DNA of 64,000 nt from an uncultured Candidatus Saccharibacteria bacterium (GTDB lineage Bacteria; Patescibacteriota; Minisyncoccia; UBA6257; 2-01-FULL-56-20). The position numbers and the translations under genes were made by a program. Location of the stretch: assembly GCA_964646415.1 (NCBI GenBank), contig CAZYEL010000004.1, forward strand, positions 539 to 64,538, given 5' to 3'. Below are positions 39,403-48,644 of the stretch, piece by piece. The number at the start of each line of letters is the position of its first letter. Within the stretch, counting starts at the first letter, position 1. Below the pieces are notes generated by a model that saw only the letters and a list, made by a program, of their open reading frames with translations, had not been told where the DNA came from and did no database searches.

Positions 39403-40173
39403 TTAAGTAAGGCGATAATATCCGCGCGATACAAAATCCAGATAGCTCTTATCACGCAAAACTTGTAATTGCTGGCGTATCTTATCCTTGATATGTTTGT
39501 TTTCTGGATGAAGTACACCCAATTCTTTTTCAAATGCATATACATCTTCGAGCATAAATTCACGCTTCCCAAGTTTTTCAATACATCGCATAACATCAAG
39601 TATCCAACCTTTCGCCGATATTTCTTTTTCTTCTCGCAAAAACAGTGTTTTTTGCCATTCTGCCAACACTTTTTCTTTTGGCTCGACCGCACCGTTTTTG
39701 ATGTAAAAAACTTTACCCGTCTGCGGAATACTCTTGAGTAAAATGTTGCATCCAACCCAACCAGCACGGCGCGCTGTCGGCGAAAGCGGCTTTCTCTTTT
39801 CAATAATTTCTGGAACAAAAAAATGTTTGGGTATGACAAAGAAATTCAGAACCGATAGATTTTGTAAGTCGTAATTTAGTAAGAAAAAATTGGGGTTATT
39901 GCTCGCCTGTAATCGTTCGAGCATTGTTCGATATGCGCCATCAACAATTTTCGAGCCAACAGAGTCCTGTTTGCTCTTGAGTTCGTAATCTTCTCGACAA
40001 TTTGAGCAAAGAAAATCTGCGACTGGCTGATTATTCGGGTATTTGTCTATATCCAAATGCCCGCAATTTGGGCAATAAACTGAATTATCAACCCAGTACT
40101 CGGTTAAAACACGAGCTCTTTGCGAAGCACTTTTGTAATTTGTCGCAATATTTTCGTCAAAAGTTAATTTCAT
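39403..40173 (-). CDS. DpnI-like methyl-directed (Gm6ATC) restriction endonuclease
   Basis: N-terminus MKLTFDENIATNYKSASQRARVLTEYWV...YCPNCG...PVADF and C-terminal KIRQQLQVLRDK closely parallel DpnI; the region is AT-rich. Confidence 0.8.
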   Translation of the reverse strand: MKLTFDENIATNYKSASQRARVLTEYWVDNSVYCPNCGHLDIDKYPNNQPVADFLCSNCREDYELKSKQDSVGSKIVDGAYRTMLERLQASNNPNFFLLNYDLQNLSVLNFFVIPKHFFVPEIIEKRKPLSPTARRAGWVGCNILLKSIPQTGKVFYIKNGAVEPKEKVLAEWQKTLFLREEKEISAKGWILDVMRCIEKLGKREFMLEDVYAFEKELGVLHPENKHIKDKIRQQLQVLRDKSYLDFVSRGYYRLT

Positions 40174-40433
40174 AGTCCGTTGCTCTTGTCCCAATCTCCC
40201 TTATTGACGCTGACCATTCGTCCGGCATGGACGGTGATGCCTCCGTTGGAAAGATTGTAGGGAGGATCGGCAAAGACCATATCAACCGAGTTTTCTGGAA
40301 ACTCGGCTAACACATCCAAGCAATTTGCTTGGTAGAGTTTGAACTTCTGCTTTTCATAGTATGCCTGCGTAAGGGCCGTTCGCGGCTCGTTTTCAACTCG
40401 AACGTCCAATGTAGGAGAAGTGAGGCGGGGCAT
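40170..40433 (-). pseudogene. truncated N6-adenine DNA methyltransferase (DpnA/M2.DpnII-like), N-terminal 87 aa only
   Basis: MVFADPPYNLSNGGITVHAGRMVSVNKGDWDK; its stop TGA overlaps the DpnI-like ATG (ATGA). Confidence 0.7.
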
Positions 40434-40495
40434 AAATATATCCTACCACGAACCACAGTACGGAAGGATCGGCTATTGAATGTCGCTTGTTTTTT

Positions 40496-41488
40496 CTAAT
40501 GCCTCACCATTCCAATCCTCGAACCGCCCTCCTTCACCACCACCTCCACTTCTCCGCCAATCGGGAAGGTGATTATGGGCGTCGTGTGCCCGAAGTCCAC
40601 GTTCGCAGTGACGGGCAGGTGCGCAAGCTCTTTTTTTGTTTTCACAATTTGCGTGAGGAGTTCCCTCGTCATCGCCGTTTTTGGTTCGAATCTGCCGAAG
40701 ACAATGCCGCGCACTTTTTCGAACCCGGGCTGATGGATGATGGCCTGTAAAAATCTATCAACTCCTGCCACGTGGGTTTCGTCGTCGTCTTCCAAAAATA
40801 AAATACTGTCGGCGATATCGGGCATAAACTCGGTGCCGTGCAAGAGATTGAACGTGCCCATGTTGCCGCCGATGATGGTTCCCTGCGCGCTCCCCTCGTT
40901 CAACACCCACCACCCCTCGTTCCGCATGAAGTTCCGGTGTTCCTGGTCGTTCGCCCAACGGTCGTCGCTCCATTGCTCCGAAGGCAACACTTCGAACGGC
41001 GCCTCGGACATCAGGCATTTCTTGAAGTATTCGAGCGTGTAGTCGAAGCCCTTCTTGGCGCCGAAAGAAAAGAAGTGCGGCCCCGAGTACGTTACGAGTC
41101 CCGTTTTCGCAAAAATGGCATTGCCGAGCGCGGTGATGTCCGAATACCCGCAAAGAATTTTGGGGTTCTTCCGTATCAAGTCGTAGTCCAAGTACCGCAA
41201 AAGCTGGTTCGAGTTGAAACCGCCGATGACCGTGATGATGAGTTGTATGCTCGTGTCGCGAAACGCGTCATGCAAATCCTCCACCCGGTGCGCGATGGAC
41301 GAAGAACTGAACTCATCTATCTCCATCACGTATTTCCCAAAACTCAAATTCAAACCAAGCTCCTTGAACCGCGCCTTCGCCTGCGTCTGCAATTCTTCAG
41401 TCATCCAAGGCATCGCCAAACTCCGCGAGGGCGTGATGACCCGTACGCCGTCGCCGGGCTTGAGTTTTGCGGGGAAGATTTTGAGCAT
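40496..41488 (-). CDS. LD-carboxypeptidase (peptidase S66)
   Basis: GYSDITAL nucleophile motif, overall length and pattern. Confidence 0.8.
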   Translation of the reverse strand: MLKIFPAKLKPGDGVRVITPSRSLAMPWMTEELQTQAKARFKELGLNLSFGKYVMEIDEFSSSSIAHRVEDLHDAFRDTSIQLIITVIGGFNSNQLLRYLDYDLIRKNPKILCGYSDITALGNAIFAKTGLVTYSGPHFFSFGAKKGFDYTLEYFKKCLMSEAPFEVLPSEQWSDDRWANDQEHRNFMRNEGWWVLNEGSAQGTIIGGNMGTFNLLHGTEFMPDIADSILFLEDDDETHVAGVDRFLQAIIHQPGFEKVRGIVFGRFEPKTAMTRELLTQIVKTKKELAHLPVTANVDFGHTTPIITFPIGGEVEVVVKEGGSRIGMVRH

Positions 41489-41496
41489 GGAAAAAA

Positions 41497-41733
41497 TTAC
41501 GGAAAGAGTTTCTTGTTGCGATGCAGGAAGTCGCCGGGGGTGAGGATGGGAAAACGAACGGAGTCCATCACCGACTTTCGCAAAAAATGTCTTGTGTTCC
41601 AGGTTATTACTGCCGCCGGTCGTGCGGCAATCGCCCCCGCTGCCCCATGCGGCGAGTTCAGTCCCGCAAGAATCGCGCTGGTATCAAGAAAGACTCTTGA
41701 TTTTCTTGGCATACTTTTCCCGCCAAATTCCAT
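41497..41733 (-). CDS. PIN-domain-like remnant
   Basis: VFLDTSAIL and ITWNTRHF resemble the first and last PIN motifs, but the middle ~60 aa are absent. Confidence 0.3.
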   Translation of the reverse strand: MEFGGKSMPRKSRVFLDTSAILAGLNSPHGAAGAIAARPAAVITWNTRHFLRKSVMDSVRFPILTPGDFLHRNKKLFP

Positions 41734-41893
41734 TCCTAGTGGCCCGTAGGGCCTTCCCGATGGACGCCTGGGAGTACCGGGAGGCAGCCCGCTGCCGCTT
41801 TGGCAGCTGGAAGTATGTCTGGACTTTCATCCTTTGCACTTGCTGCTCAAGGTCAACGAGTTTCTTATAAATTGTCGCCGATGTCTCGCTCAT
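41684..41893 (-). CDS. small hypothetical protein (possible antitoxin-like partner)
   Basis: 69-aa ORF overlapping the PIN-like ORF. Confidence 0.25.
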   Translation of the reverse strand: MSETSATIYKKLVDLEQQVQRMKVQTYFQLPKRQRAASRYSQASIGKALRATRNGIWREKYAKKIKSLS

Positions 41894-41995
41894 ACTGCTT
41901 ATCGTAAAGGATTTTGAAGCGCAAAGTCAAACCCGCTTCTTGATGGTGAAGACTGGATCCCCTTAGGGTCGGCGCCTACGCGCCACGTTTGAGAC

Positions 41996-42421
41996 CTACA
42001 ATTTGGAGTCCAATACTGAAATAAGTTCGCGTACCTTGGCTTTGATAATGTCCCGCACCCGGCGGGCAAATTCCAAGTCTTGCTTAAAAGGGTCGGGAAC
42101 GTCCCAAAATATTACCTTGGCGTCGTTGTGAAAATAATCGGGAATATTTGCCGAGGGTAACATGACTACCACTTTATCCGCCGCTCCAAATGCCTCCGGA
42201 GTGAGCATCTTTCTTTCGTAGTCCGCCACATCAATCCCAATCTCCTGCATAACCGCGACGATATTCGGGTCTTTGTCTTTTATTTTCTGCCCCACCTGTT
42301 CCTTCGTAACCTTGGTGCCCGCGGAAGAAGCAACGTGCTTCCCTCCGGCGAGGTTATTCACCATCGCCTCCGCCATTTGGCTTCGCGCCACATTGCCGCC
42401 GCAGATGAAGAGTATTTTCAT
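41996..42421 (-). CDS. low-molecular-weight phosphotyrosine phosphatase / ArsC-type arsenate reductase family
   Basis: CGGNVARSQMAE CX5R P-loop. Confidence 0.8.
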   Translation of the reverse strand: MKILFICGGNVARSQMAEAMVNNLAGGKHVASSAGTKVTKEQVGQKIKDKDPNIVAVMQEIGIDVADYERKMLTPEAFGAADKVVVMLPSANIPDYFHNDAKVIFWDVPDPFKQDLEFARRVRDIIKAKVRELISVLDSKL

Positions 42422-42425
42422 ATTT

Positions 42426-43055
42426 TTATGACGAATGCTTACTCTTCAAAACTTTTACCAATCTTACGCCTCCATACCCGATAAGCAAAGAGCCCACGAG
42501 CACATTTAATATCTGAATCAGCACTACGGGAACCGCTCCTTTTATTAAGGAAAAAACAATCACCGATGTGCCCATAAAGAGAAATGTCGCCAGTCCGGTT
42601 CCGAAACCGAAAATAAACAATTCTTTCTTCGTATAGTTGTATTCAAGGGCTTTTGCCGCAAATATGCCGGTAAAAAGAACAATGGTCAAAGGACTGGAGA
42701 TGGTAAGAAGGAAGGTCGAGATAAAGCTTGAAAAAATACTCGCGGAATATAGGTCCGCCGCAGGCGAGACACTCTCACCTGTTATGCTGTTGATTATAAA
42801 AACGCCGAACAAAACCAGTACAATGGAACTGATGATTCCGAATACTTTTTTAACTTCCTTTTTCTCCAGTACCTTTCCGATGCCCAAGACCGCGAGTGTT
42901 ATGTAGCAGTAGTCGGCGAGAGTGACTCCGATAGCGGCGACAAGGCCGTCGAGAATCGACCTCTGCAACGCAAGGTTGATGATGAAAAAGAAAACCGGAC
43001 CGATTGCGAGTTGCAGCACCAGCCCCGTTGCCAGACCGTTTAGGAAGATGTTCAT
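42426..43055 (-). CDS. LysE/RhtB family amino-acid exporter
   Basis: ~210 aa, 6 TM helices, LysE-like N-terminal helix. Confidence 0.7.
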   Translation of the reverse strand: MNIFLNGLATGLVLQLAIGPVFFFIINLALQRSILDGLVAAIGVTLADYCYITLAVLGIGKVLEKKEVKKVFGIISSIVLVLFGVFIINSITGESVSPAADLYSASIFSSFISTFLLTISSPLTIVLFTGIFAAKALEYNYTKKELFIFGFGTGLATFLFMGTSVIVFSLIKGAVPVVLIQILNVLVGSLLIGYGGVRLVKVLKSKHSS

Positions 43056-43176
43056 TGTACACGCTTTCTCCCGCACAAAGCGGAAGGGGCGAGATTCGCC
43101 CCGCACACTGCGGTGTATATTAAAAATAGATCGAACGGAATCCTGTTCTCGACGCGCTTCGCGCGGCTCGGAATAG

Positions 43177-43209
43177 GGACGGCGCTTCGCGCCGACCATA
43201 TTTTTGGCG
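43177..43209. repeat. 33-bp direct repeat copy 1
   Basis: GACGGCGCTTCGCGCCGACCATATTTTTGGCGG, identical to the copy at 43717. Confidence 0.7.
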
Positions 43210-43716
43210 GTGTTTGTTGGACAAAGTTCGAAACTATTTCGAGCAAAATCCAAATGATTAAAACTACTAATGCGGACGAGGCAGGGCGAAACAATTTGTC
43301 TGGGGGAATGGATTCGCCCTGCCTCGGCTGATTTCCCGCCCGCAGGAGGGGTCTGGGGAGGAATGCGGGCGGGTTTCGGACTGGGGGTTTTCGGAAATTC
43401 GGCGGCTATTTCAATTCTAACTCATTCTTTAACAAAGGAACAATTTGCTTGCGCATAATAAGATTTGGTCGCTCCGCGACTACGCCAGCAAATTGTACTT
43501 TCAAAACTTTTTCCAAAAGTTTCGCGCCGTAACTTTATCGCCGAGTTTCTCTTGCAGATTATTAATTTCGGCAGAATCAGTTTTGAGCTTTGCCACTTGT
43601 GCTGGAATATCATCCTGACTAACGCCCATTATTGAAGCTCGAACCGTACTTTTTGAGCCACGCGGAGCGTGGCGAATCCTTGCAGAATCAGGATTTTGTG
43701 GGGGGAATGCAGAACA

Positions 43717-43749
43717 GACGGCGCTTCGCGCCGACCATATTTTTGGCGG
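43717..43749. repeat. 33-bp direct repeat copy 2
   Basis: identical to the 43177 copy; both are followed by the similar TTTTGGCGGTGTYTGTT. Confidence 0.7.
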
Positions 43750-43857
43750 AAATTTGAATTCCGAATTTTGGCGGTGTCTGTTTGAAAATATCCGAACGGA
43801 ACTGGCTGGGCTCGGCGGGCGGAAGGGGGGTGTGGGGGGAATTCCGCCCGCCTCGCC

Positions 43858-44283
43858 TTGAACCGAAGCGGAAAGGACGATTTCAAGTTTTTCTTTGGCG
43901 GCAAATTCATTACTGACCAAGAGTATCAGGCACTGAAAAACCGCCTCATCAAAGAAAAGACGGCTCTTGAGAGCGAGCTAAAGACCCACGGCAAGACGAT
44001 TGAGGAGTGGGTTGAGTTAAGCGAGCGGACTTTCAACTTCGCCCGTTACGCCCAAATGTGGTTCGCCAAAGGCGATATGGAAACACGGCGAGCTATCTTT
44101 GCCGCTTTAGGTTCGCACCTCATTATAAAAGACCAGAAACTCAATATAGAACTACATCCTTACTTCAAAATCATCTTTGAAAACCTTGAAGCAGTGGAAA
44201 AGGAGCTTATCAAAGTTAGAACCTCCGAAAGTGTAGTGAATAGAAGGCAAATCGCCGAAATTTTGGCGAAATGTCCTACTCTG
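43858..44283 (+). pseudogene. recombinase/integrase-like C-terminal fragment (coiled-coil region) abutting tRNA-Ser
   Basis: ORF 43858-44355 has no N-terminal catalytic domain; its 3' end reads through the tRNA-Ser gene; assignment is tentative. Confidence 0.35.
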
Positions 44284-44366
44284 CGGAGGGTGAGGGACTC
44301 GAACCCTCGAGGGATTGCTCCCGCACGCTTTCCAAGCGTGTGCCATAGCCGCTAGGCGAACCCTCC
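44284..44366 (-). tRNA. tRNA-Ser (anticodon GGA)
   Basis: minus-strand GGAGGGTTCGCCTAGCGGCTATGGCACACGCTTGGAAAGCGTGCGGGAGCAATCCCTCGAGGGTTCGAGTCCCTCACCCTCCG: 7-bp acceptor, long variable arm, T-loop GGTTCGAGTCC; CCA not encoded. Confidence 0.85.
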
Positions 44367-44456
44367 TTTGGACGCCGAAGCTTTTGCACAAAGCGAAGGC
44401 GGCCGTGTCTACTACCTACTTGTTCGCGATGATTGTACCCCCGAATTCTCTCCCCT

Positions 44457-45113
44457 TCAAATGGAGCGGCATACGAGGACCGAAAGTAGGGCAAAGAACA
44501 GGGACGCGTAAAGAAGGCATGCCGCGAGGGAAAGCAGCACTGGTGCGCCCAGATTCACGTAGAGCAGGAGCACGCCGATTCCCACGCACTGGAGAATCAT
44601 CTTGATTTTCCCCGATGCTCTCGCGGGCACGACCGTGCCTCCGTATTGCAGGTACAGCGAAGCCACCAGCGTCACCTCTACCGCGACGATTGCCGCCGCG
44701 AGCCCGATGCCGAGATGCGCGGGCACAAGAAGAATCGCCACGCCTCCTATAAAGAGCTTATCCGCGAGAGGGTCGAACGCGATGCCCCACGACGTCACGC
44801 GATTGGTCATGCGCGCAATCGTCCCGTCGGCGGCGTCCGAGAACGCAGTGACAACGAACAACACCGTCCCTGCCGCATACCACTCAAAGAACAACAGGGC
44901 GAGCACCACCGGAGTCATAACAAAACGGAATACCGTAATCTGATTCGGCGTTATCGCGCGAGGAAAAAACCGGAGCATCGACGTAAACAACATGCGGTCT
45001 ATAACCGTCGGGCGGGAAAGCCGCGCAACCCTTGCCGCGTCTTCCGCAACCACACGACGCATCACCTCTTTCGCACGCTGACGCATTTTCCGCCGTGTAC
45101 GTACTTCCGCCAT
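44457..45113 (-). CDS. pgsA: CDP-alcohol phosphatidyltransferase (PgsA-like)
   Basis: DAADGTIAR...GIAFDPLADK signature; 6 TM helices. Confidence 0.8.
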   Translation of the reverse strand: MAEVRTRRKMRQRAKEVMRRVVAEDAARVARLSRPTVIDRMLFTSMLRFFPRAITPNQITVFRFVMTPVVLALLFFEWYAAGTVLFVVTAFSDAADGTIARMTNRVTSWGIAFDPLADKLFIGGVAILLVPAHLGIGLAAAIVAVEVTLVASLYLQYGGTVVPARASGKIKMILQCVGIGVLLLYVNLGAPVLLSLAACLLYASLFFALLSVLVCRSI

Positions 45114-45116
45114 ATA

Positions 45117-45806
45117 CTACCTGATAACAGTGCCCTCAAATTCCTCCCCCTCCAACAATGAAGTGAGGTTTTTGAGGTCGGCACCCACCACGAACATCAT
45201 GATTCCGTTCTTCGCACAAAACCTCGCGGCGACGGGGTCTACGGGCGCATGAAGTCCGGGAGACCATTTTTTCGGCATCTTTGCACAATACTCTTTCCAC
45301 TGCATTTCCCGAATCGGCGCGGCATCTTTGTGCTCGTCGGGATTCTTGTCGTACACAAAAGGCGGTTTCCCGATATTAATCACTTCCTTTGCGCCGAAAT
45401 CATGCGCAAGCGCGGTCGTTACAAAGTCCGTTGACCAGCCCGGACGCCATCCCGCTCCCACCGTTACCGGATGCGAGAGCTTTTTTACCTGCCCGCGCTT
45501 TTCAATAAGTTCAGGCGCGGCACGTTTCCCGAACACCGCGCGGATGAGGGTGGCGTTCAATCGTGTCGCGTAAATCCCAATCCAATCCCCGTCCGCATCC
45601 GTCACTTTTCCAAGCCCCTTCGCCGCGCGCTGGTAGACGCGGCAGACTCCCCCGCCGCCCACAATGAGAAGAAACTTTATTCCTTTTTTTGAACACCCCT
45701 CCACCAGGCGTTTGAATCCCTCCACAAACTTGGCATTCACGCCATCGGGACACACAACCGAGCCGCCGAGGGAAATGACAACCGTCTTACCGAAAGCGTG
45801 TTTCAT
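45117..45806 (-). CDS. pyrH: UMP kinase (amino-acid-kinase family, archaeal-like)
   Basis: VVISLGGSV, LIVGGGG, GAGWRPGWSTDFVTT motifs. Confidence 0.6.
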   Translation of the reverse strand: MKHAFGKTVVISLGGSVVCPDGVNAKFVEGFKRLVEGCSKKGIKFLLIVGGGGVCRVYQRAAKGLGKVTDADGDWIGIYATRLNATLIRAVFGKRAAPELIEKRGQVKKLSHPVTVGAGWRPGWSTDFVTTALAHDFGAKEVINIGKPPFVYDKNPDEHKDAAPIREMQWKEYCAKMPKKWSPGLHAPVDPVAARFCAKNGIMMFVVGADLKNLTSLLEGEEFEGTVIR

Positions 45807-45846
45807 GCGTGTAGCGATAAACTCTAAGTAAAACAAGGATAACCTC

Positions 45847-46728
45847 TCACTGAACTTGGCGCAATGCCCGCACCCGCTCCTCAATCGGCGGATGGGTCAT
45901 AAAAAGCTTGTGCCACCACGGGGTTTTGCCCTTGAACGGGTTATCAATCCAAAGATGCGCGGTCGCCTCGTGCACAGAACTCATCGGCACCTTGTCGGCG
46001 CCTATCTTCTCGAGCGCATTCGCAAGCTCCCCCGGGCGCTGCGTGAGAAGCGCTCCTGAGGCATCCGCGAGCGCCTCGCGCTGCCGCGATACGGCGAACT
46101 GTATAAGCATCGCGCCCACCGGCGCCAAAATCGAGAGCGCCACGCCCGCAACCATGAGCCAGCCGCTCCGCGAATCGCGATTATCGTCCCCGCCGAACCA
46201 GAGCATGCGGAGAAACACGTCCGCAAGCATCGAAATGATGCCCGCGAGCACCACCGCCACGGTTGAGACGAGCATATCGCGATTGCTGATGTGCGAAAGC
46301 TCATGCGCGAGTACGCCTTCGAGTTCCGGCTTCGAAAGCTTCGTGAGCGCGCCAATGGTCACCGCAACCGCGGCATGCGCGGGGTCGCGCCCCGTCGCGA
46401 ACGCGTTGATTTGGGGCTCCGGCGTAAGATAGAGCCGGGGCATGGGAAGCTGCGCCGCAGTCGCGAGCCGTTGCACCGTGTCCCAAAGTTCAGGATTGTC
46501 CTCGCGCTGAATCGGCTCCGCTTTCGCAAACGCGAGCGCGAGCTTATCCGAGAACCAATAGCTCGCCGCGCTCATCCCCACACTGAAAAGCACCGCGAAT
46601 ATGAAGATATCGCGGCTATTGAACACGTAGGAGAACACCCACCCCAACCCGAGCACCACAAGGAGGAAGACGGCAAGGAGAAGTGACGTGCGCCCGATAT
46701 TGCGTTCTTTGTATTGGGTAAGATTCAT
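45847..46728 (-). CDS. htpX: zinc metalloprotease HtpX (M48)
   Basis: HELSHISNRD (HExxH), downstream Glu, 4 TM helices. Confidence 0.85.
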   Translation of the reverse strand: MNLTQYKERNIGRTSLLLAVFLLVVLGLGWVFSYVFNSRDIFIFAVLFSVGMSAASYWFSDKLALAFAKAEPIQREDNPELWDTVQRLATAAQLPMPRLYLTPEPQINAFATGRDPAHAAVAVTIGALTKLSKPELEGVLAHELSHISNRDMLVSTVAVVLAGIISMLADVFLRMLWFGGDDNRDSRSGWLMVAGVALSILAPVGAMLIQFAVSRQREALADASGALLTQRPGELANALEKIGADKVPMSSVHEATAHLWIDNPFKGKTPWWHKLFMTHPPIEERVRALRQVQ

Positions 46729-46853
46729 GGAAAGAGAATTAAGAATCATGGATTATGCGGGGTCACCGCACACACCATAGAATAATCGTCGCGAATGGAA
46801 TATAATAGTAGGAATATAAAAGTCGCAGGACATATAAATTATAGAAGAAACTC

Positions 46854-47408
46854 ATGAAGAAAGCATGGTGGGTGGTCATCGCAGTCGTCGTAGTTGTGGT
46901 GCTCTACGGGGTCGGCGTGTATAACTCGCTCGTCGGCAAAAACGAGGGCATTGACGGGCAATGGGCGCAAGTCGAAACGCAATACCAGCGCCGGCTGGAT
47001 TTGATTCCGAATCTCGTCGAGTCCGTAAAGGGCGCGATGAAGCAGGAGCAGACGATTTTCACCGCACTTGCGGATGCGCGGACGCGGTATGGGAACTCGG
47101 TGGGTACTGATGCTAAAGCGAAAGCGGCGAGCGAAGTGGAAAGCGCGTTTGGACGCCTCCTCGCCGTCATGGAAAACTACCCGCAACTGAAGTCCTCCGA
47201 CACGGTGCAGACCTTGATGGCGCAGCTTGAAGGAACCGAGAACCGCGTGAGCGTGGAACGACAACGCTTCAACGACGCGGTGCGGAGCTTGAACGTTGCC
47301 ACAAAAACATTTCCCTCAAGCCTTATTGCAAGCATGGCAGGATTCGCGGAACGGGAATACTTCGAGGCCGCCGACGGTGCGGAGAATGCGCCGAAGGTGA
47401 ACCTCTAG
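46854..47408 (+). CDS. LemA family protein
   Basis: N-terminal TM; QYQRRLDLIPNLVESVKG and ENYPQLKSSD are typical LemA motifs. Confidence 0.8.
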   Translation: MKKAWWVVIAVVVVVVLYGVGVYNSLVGKNEGIDGQWAQVETQYQRRLDLIPNLVESVKGAMKQEQTIFTALADARTRYGNSVGTDAKAKAASEVESAFGRLLAVMENYPQLKSSDTVQTLMAQLEGTENRVSVERQRFNDAVRSLNVATKTFPSSLIASMAGFAEREYFEAADGAENAPKVNL

Positions 47409-47476
47409 CGGAAGAAAAGTAAATGGTAGGTGGTATGTAGTAGGTAGTAGATGGTAGATGGTAGGAGCGGTTTACT

Positions 47477-48370
47477 TTGACCTTGATGCGAAAAATTGTT
47501 TTTTGCTTGTTGCTATTGGCTAATGGCTATTGGCTAATGGCTGCTTTTCCCGCGCACGCGTACGCCAATCCCGGCGCGCCCGCGGGATTCGTGAACGACT
47601 TTGCGGGGATGCTCAATCCCCCTGAGCGTACGCTCCTTGAAGCAAAGCTCTCCTCGTTTGCAATCGACAGCAAACACGAGATCAGTGTCGTTACCATCCC
47701 CTCGCTCGGCAGCGATACGGTTGAAAACTTCGCTGAAAAACTCTTCAAAGACTGGGGCATCGGAAAAACCGGCGCGGACAACGGCGTCTTATTGCTTATC
47801 GCGCGCGACGACCGGAAATTTCGCATTGAGGTGGGGTATGGACTCGAAGGGGCGCTTACCGACGCACAAAGTTATTGGATTCTCCAAAATATCCTCACGC
47901 CCGCATTCAAAAACGGAGAATATGCCGCAGGGCTCGCGAACGCCGTCGACAAAATCATAGACGCGACGCGGGGCGAAGTTATCCCCTCCTCAGGGCGAGC
48001 GCAGAACGGAAACGGAGGAGGAGTCTCGGTTGATTGGTTTTGGATAGTATTCGCAATCCCGATGTGGCTCGCGAGCATCTTCGGACGCTCGAAGTCGTGG
48101 TGGCTGGGCGGCGTTGTCGGAGGCGTCGCGGGCGCGGTGCTCGGGTCCATCTTCGGATTCCTCTACTGGGGCGTTACAGCAATCGCCATCCTCACGCCGT
48201 TGGGGCTCCTCTTCGATTACATTGTCTCGCACAAGTATGCGGAAAGCGTCGCCACGCACCACCGTCCGCCATGGTGGATCGGCGGCGGAAGAGGCCCCCT
48301 GGGCGGAGGCGGATTCGGAGGGTTCGGCGGCGGACGCTCGGGAGGAGGAGGGGCGAGTGGAGGATGGTAG
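47477..48370 (+). CDS. TPM-domain protein with Gly-rich C-terminal tail
   Basis: GVLLLIARDDRKFRIEVGYGLEG TPM motif, TM region, GGGFGGFGGGRSGGGGASGGW tail; paired with LemA. Confidence 0.7.
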   Translation: MTLMRKIVFCLLLLANGYWLMAAFPAHAYANPGAPAGFVNDFAGMLNPPERTLLEAKLSSFAIDSKHEISVVTIPSLGSDTVENFAEKLFKDWGIGKTGADNGVLLLIARDDRKFRIEVGYGLEGALTDAQSYWILQNILTPAFKNGEYAAGLANAVDKIIDATRGEVIPSSGRAQNGNGGGVSVDWFWIVFAIPMWLASIFGRSKSWWLGGVVGGVAGAVLGSIFGFLYWGVTAIAILTPLGLLFDYIVSHKYAESVATHHRPPWWIGGGRGPLGGGGFGGFGGGRSGGGGASGGW

Positions 48371-48644
48371 GGGGCTCGATGCCCATTGCGGAGGGACGCT
48401 GTCTGCAATGGGCTATTACAGCGCTCTCTCTCGTGCCGCCGCACTGCGAGAAGCCCTCCGCAATGGGCACTTTCGCCTTTCTGGCAGATAGGGGAAACTT
48501 CTTCTTTGCGGCGTCACGCTCCGAGAAACCCCACACGACATATGCCTTCGCCTTTTAGGCGAACGAAAGTTCCTCACGACCCGACACGGGGCAAGAGCCC
48601 CTGCGCATCATATATCTCCGCTGGTTCCGCAAACCCACGGAAAG

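Noticed and set aside
39300-39839. 179-aa minus-strand ORF overlapping the DpnI-like gene
   Set aside because: It is in a different frame of the same strand as a CDS with a strong family match; an AT-rich frame artefact.
41497-41893. Intact VapBC toxin-antitoxin pair
   Set aside because: The PIN-like ORF lacks the central ~60 residues and overlaps its partner by 50 nt in another frame. It is more consistent with a decayed or frameshifted locus than a functional TA pair.
47500-47535. GGCTAATGGCT tandem repeat resembling the intergenic repeat family
   Set aside because: It lies in-frame within the TPM-domain CDS, encoding LLANGYWLMA (signal/TM region). The similarity is short and partial; treated as coding.
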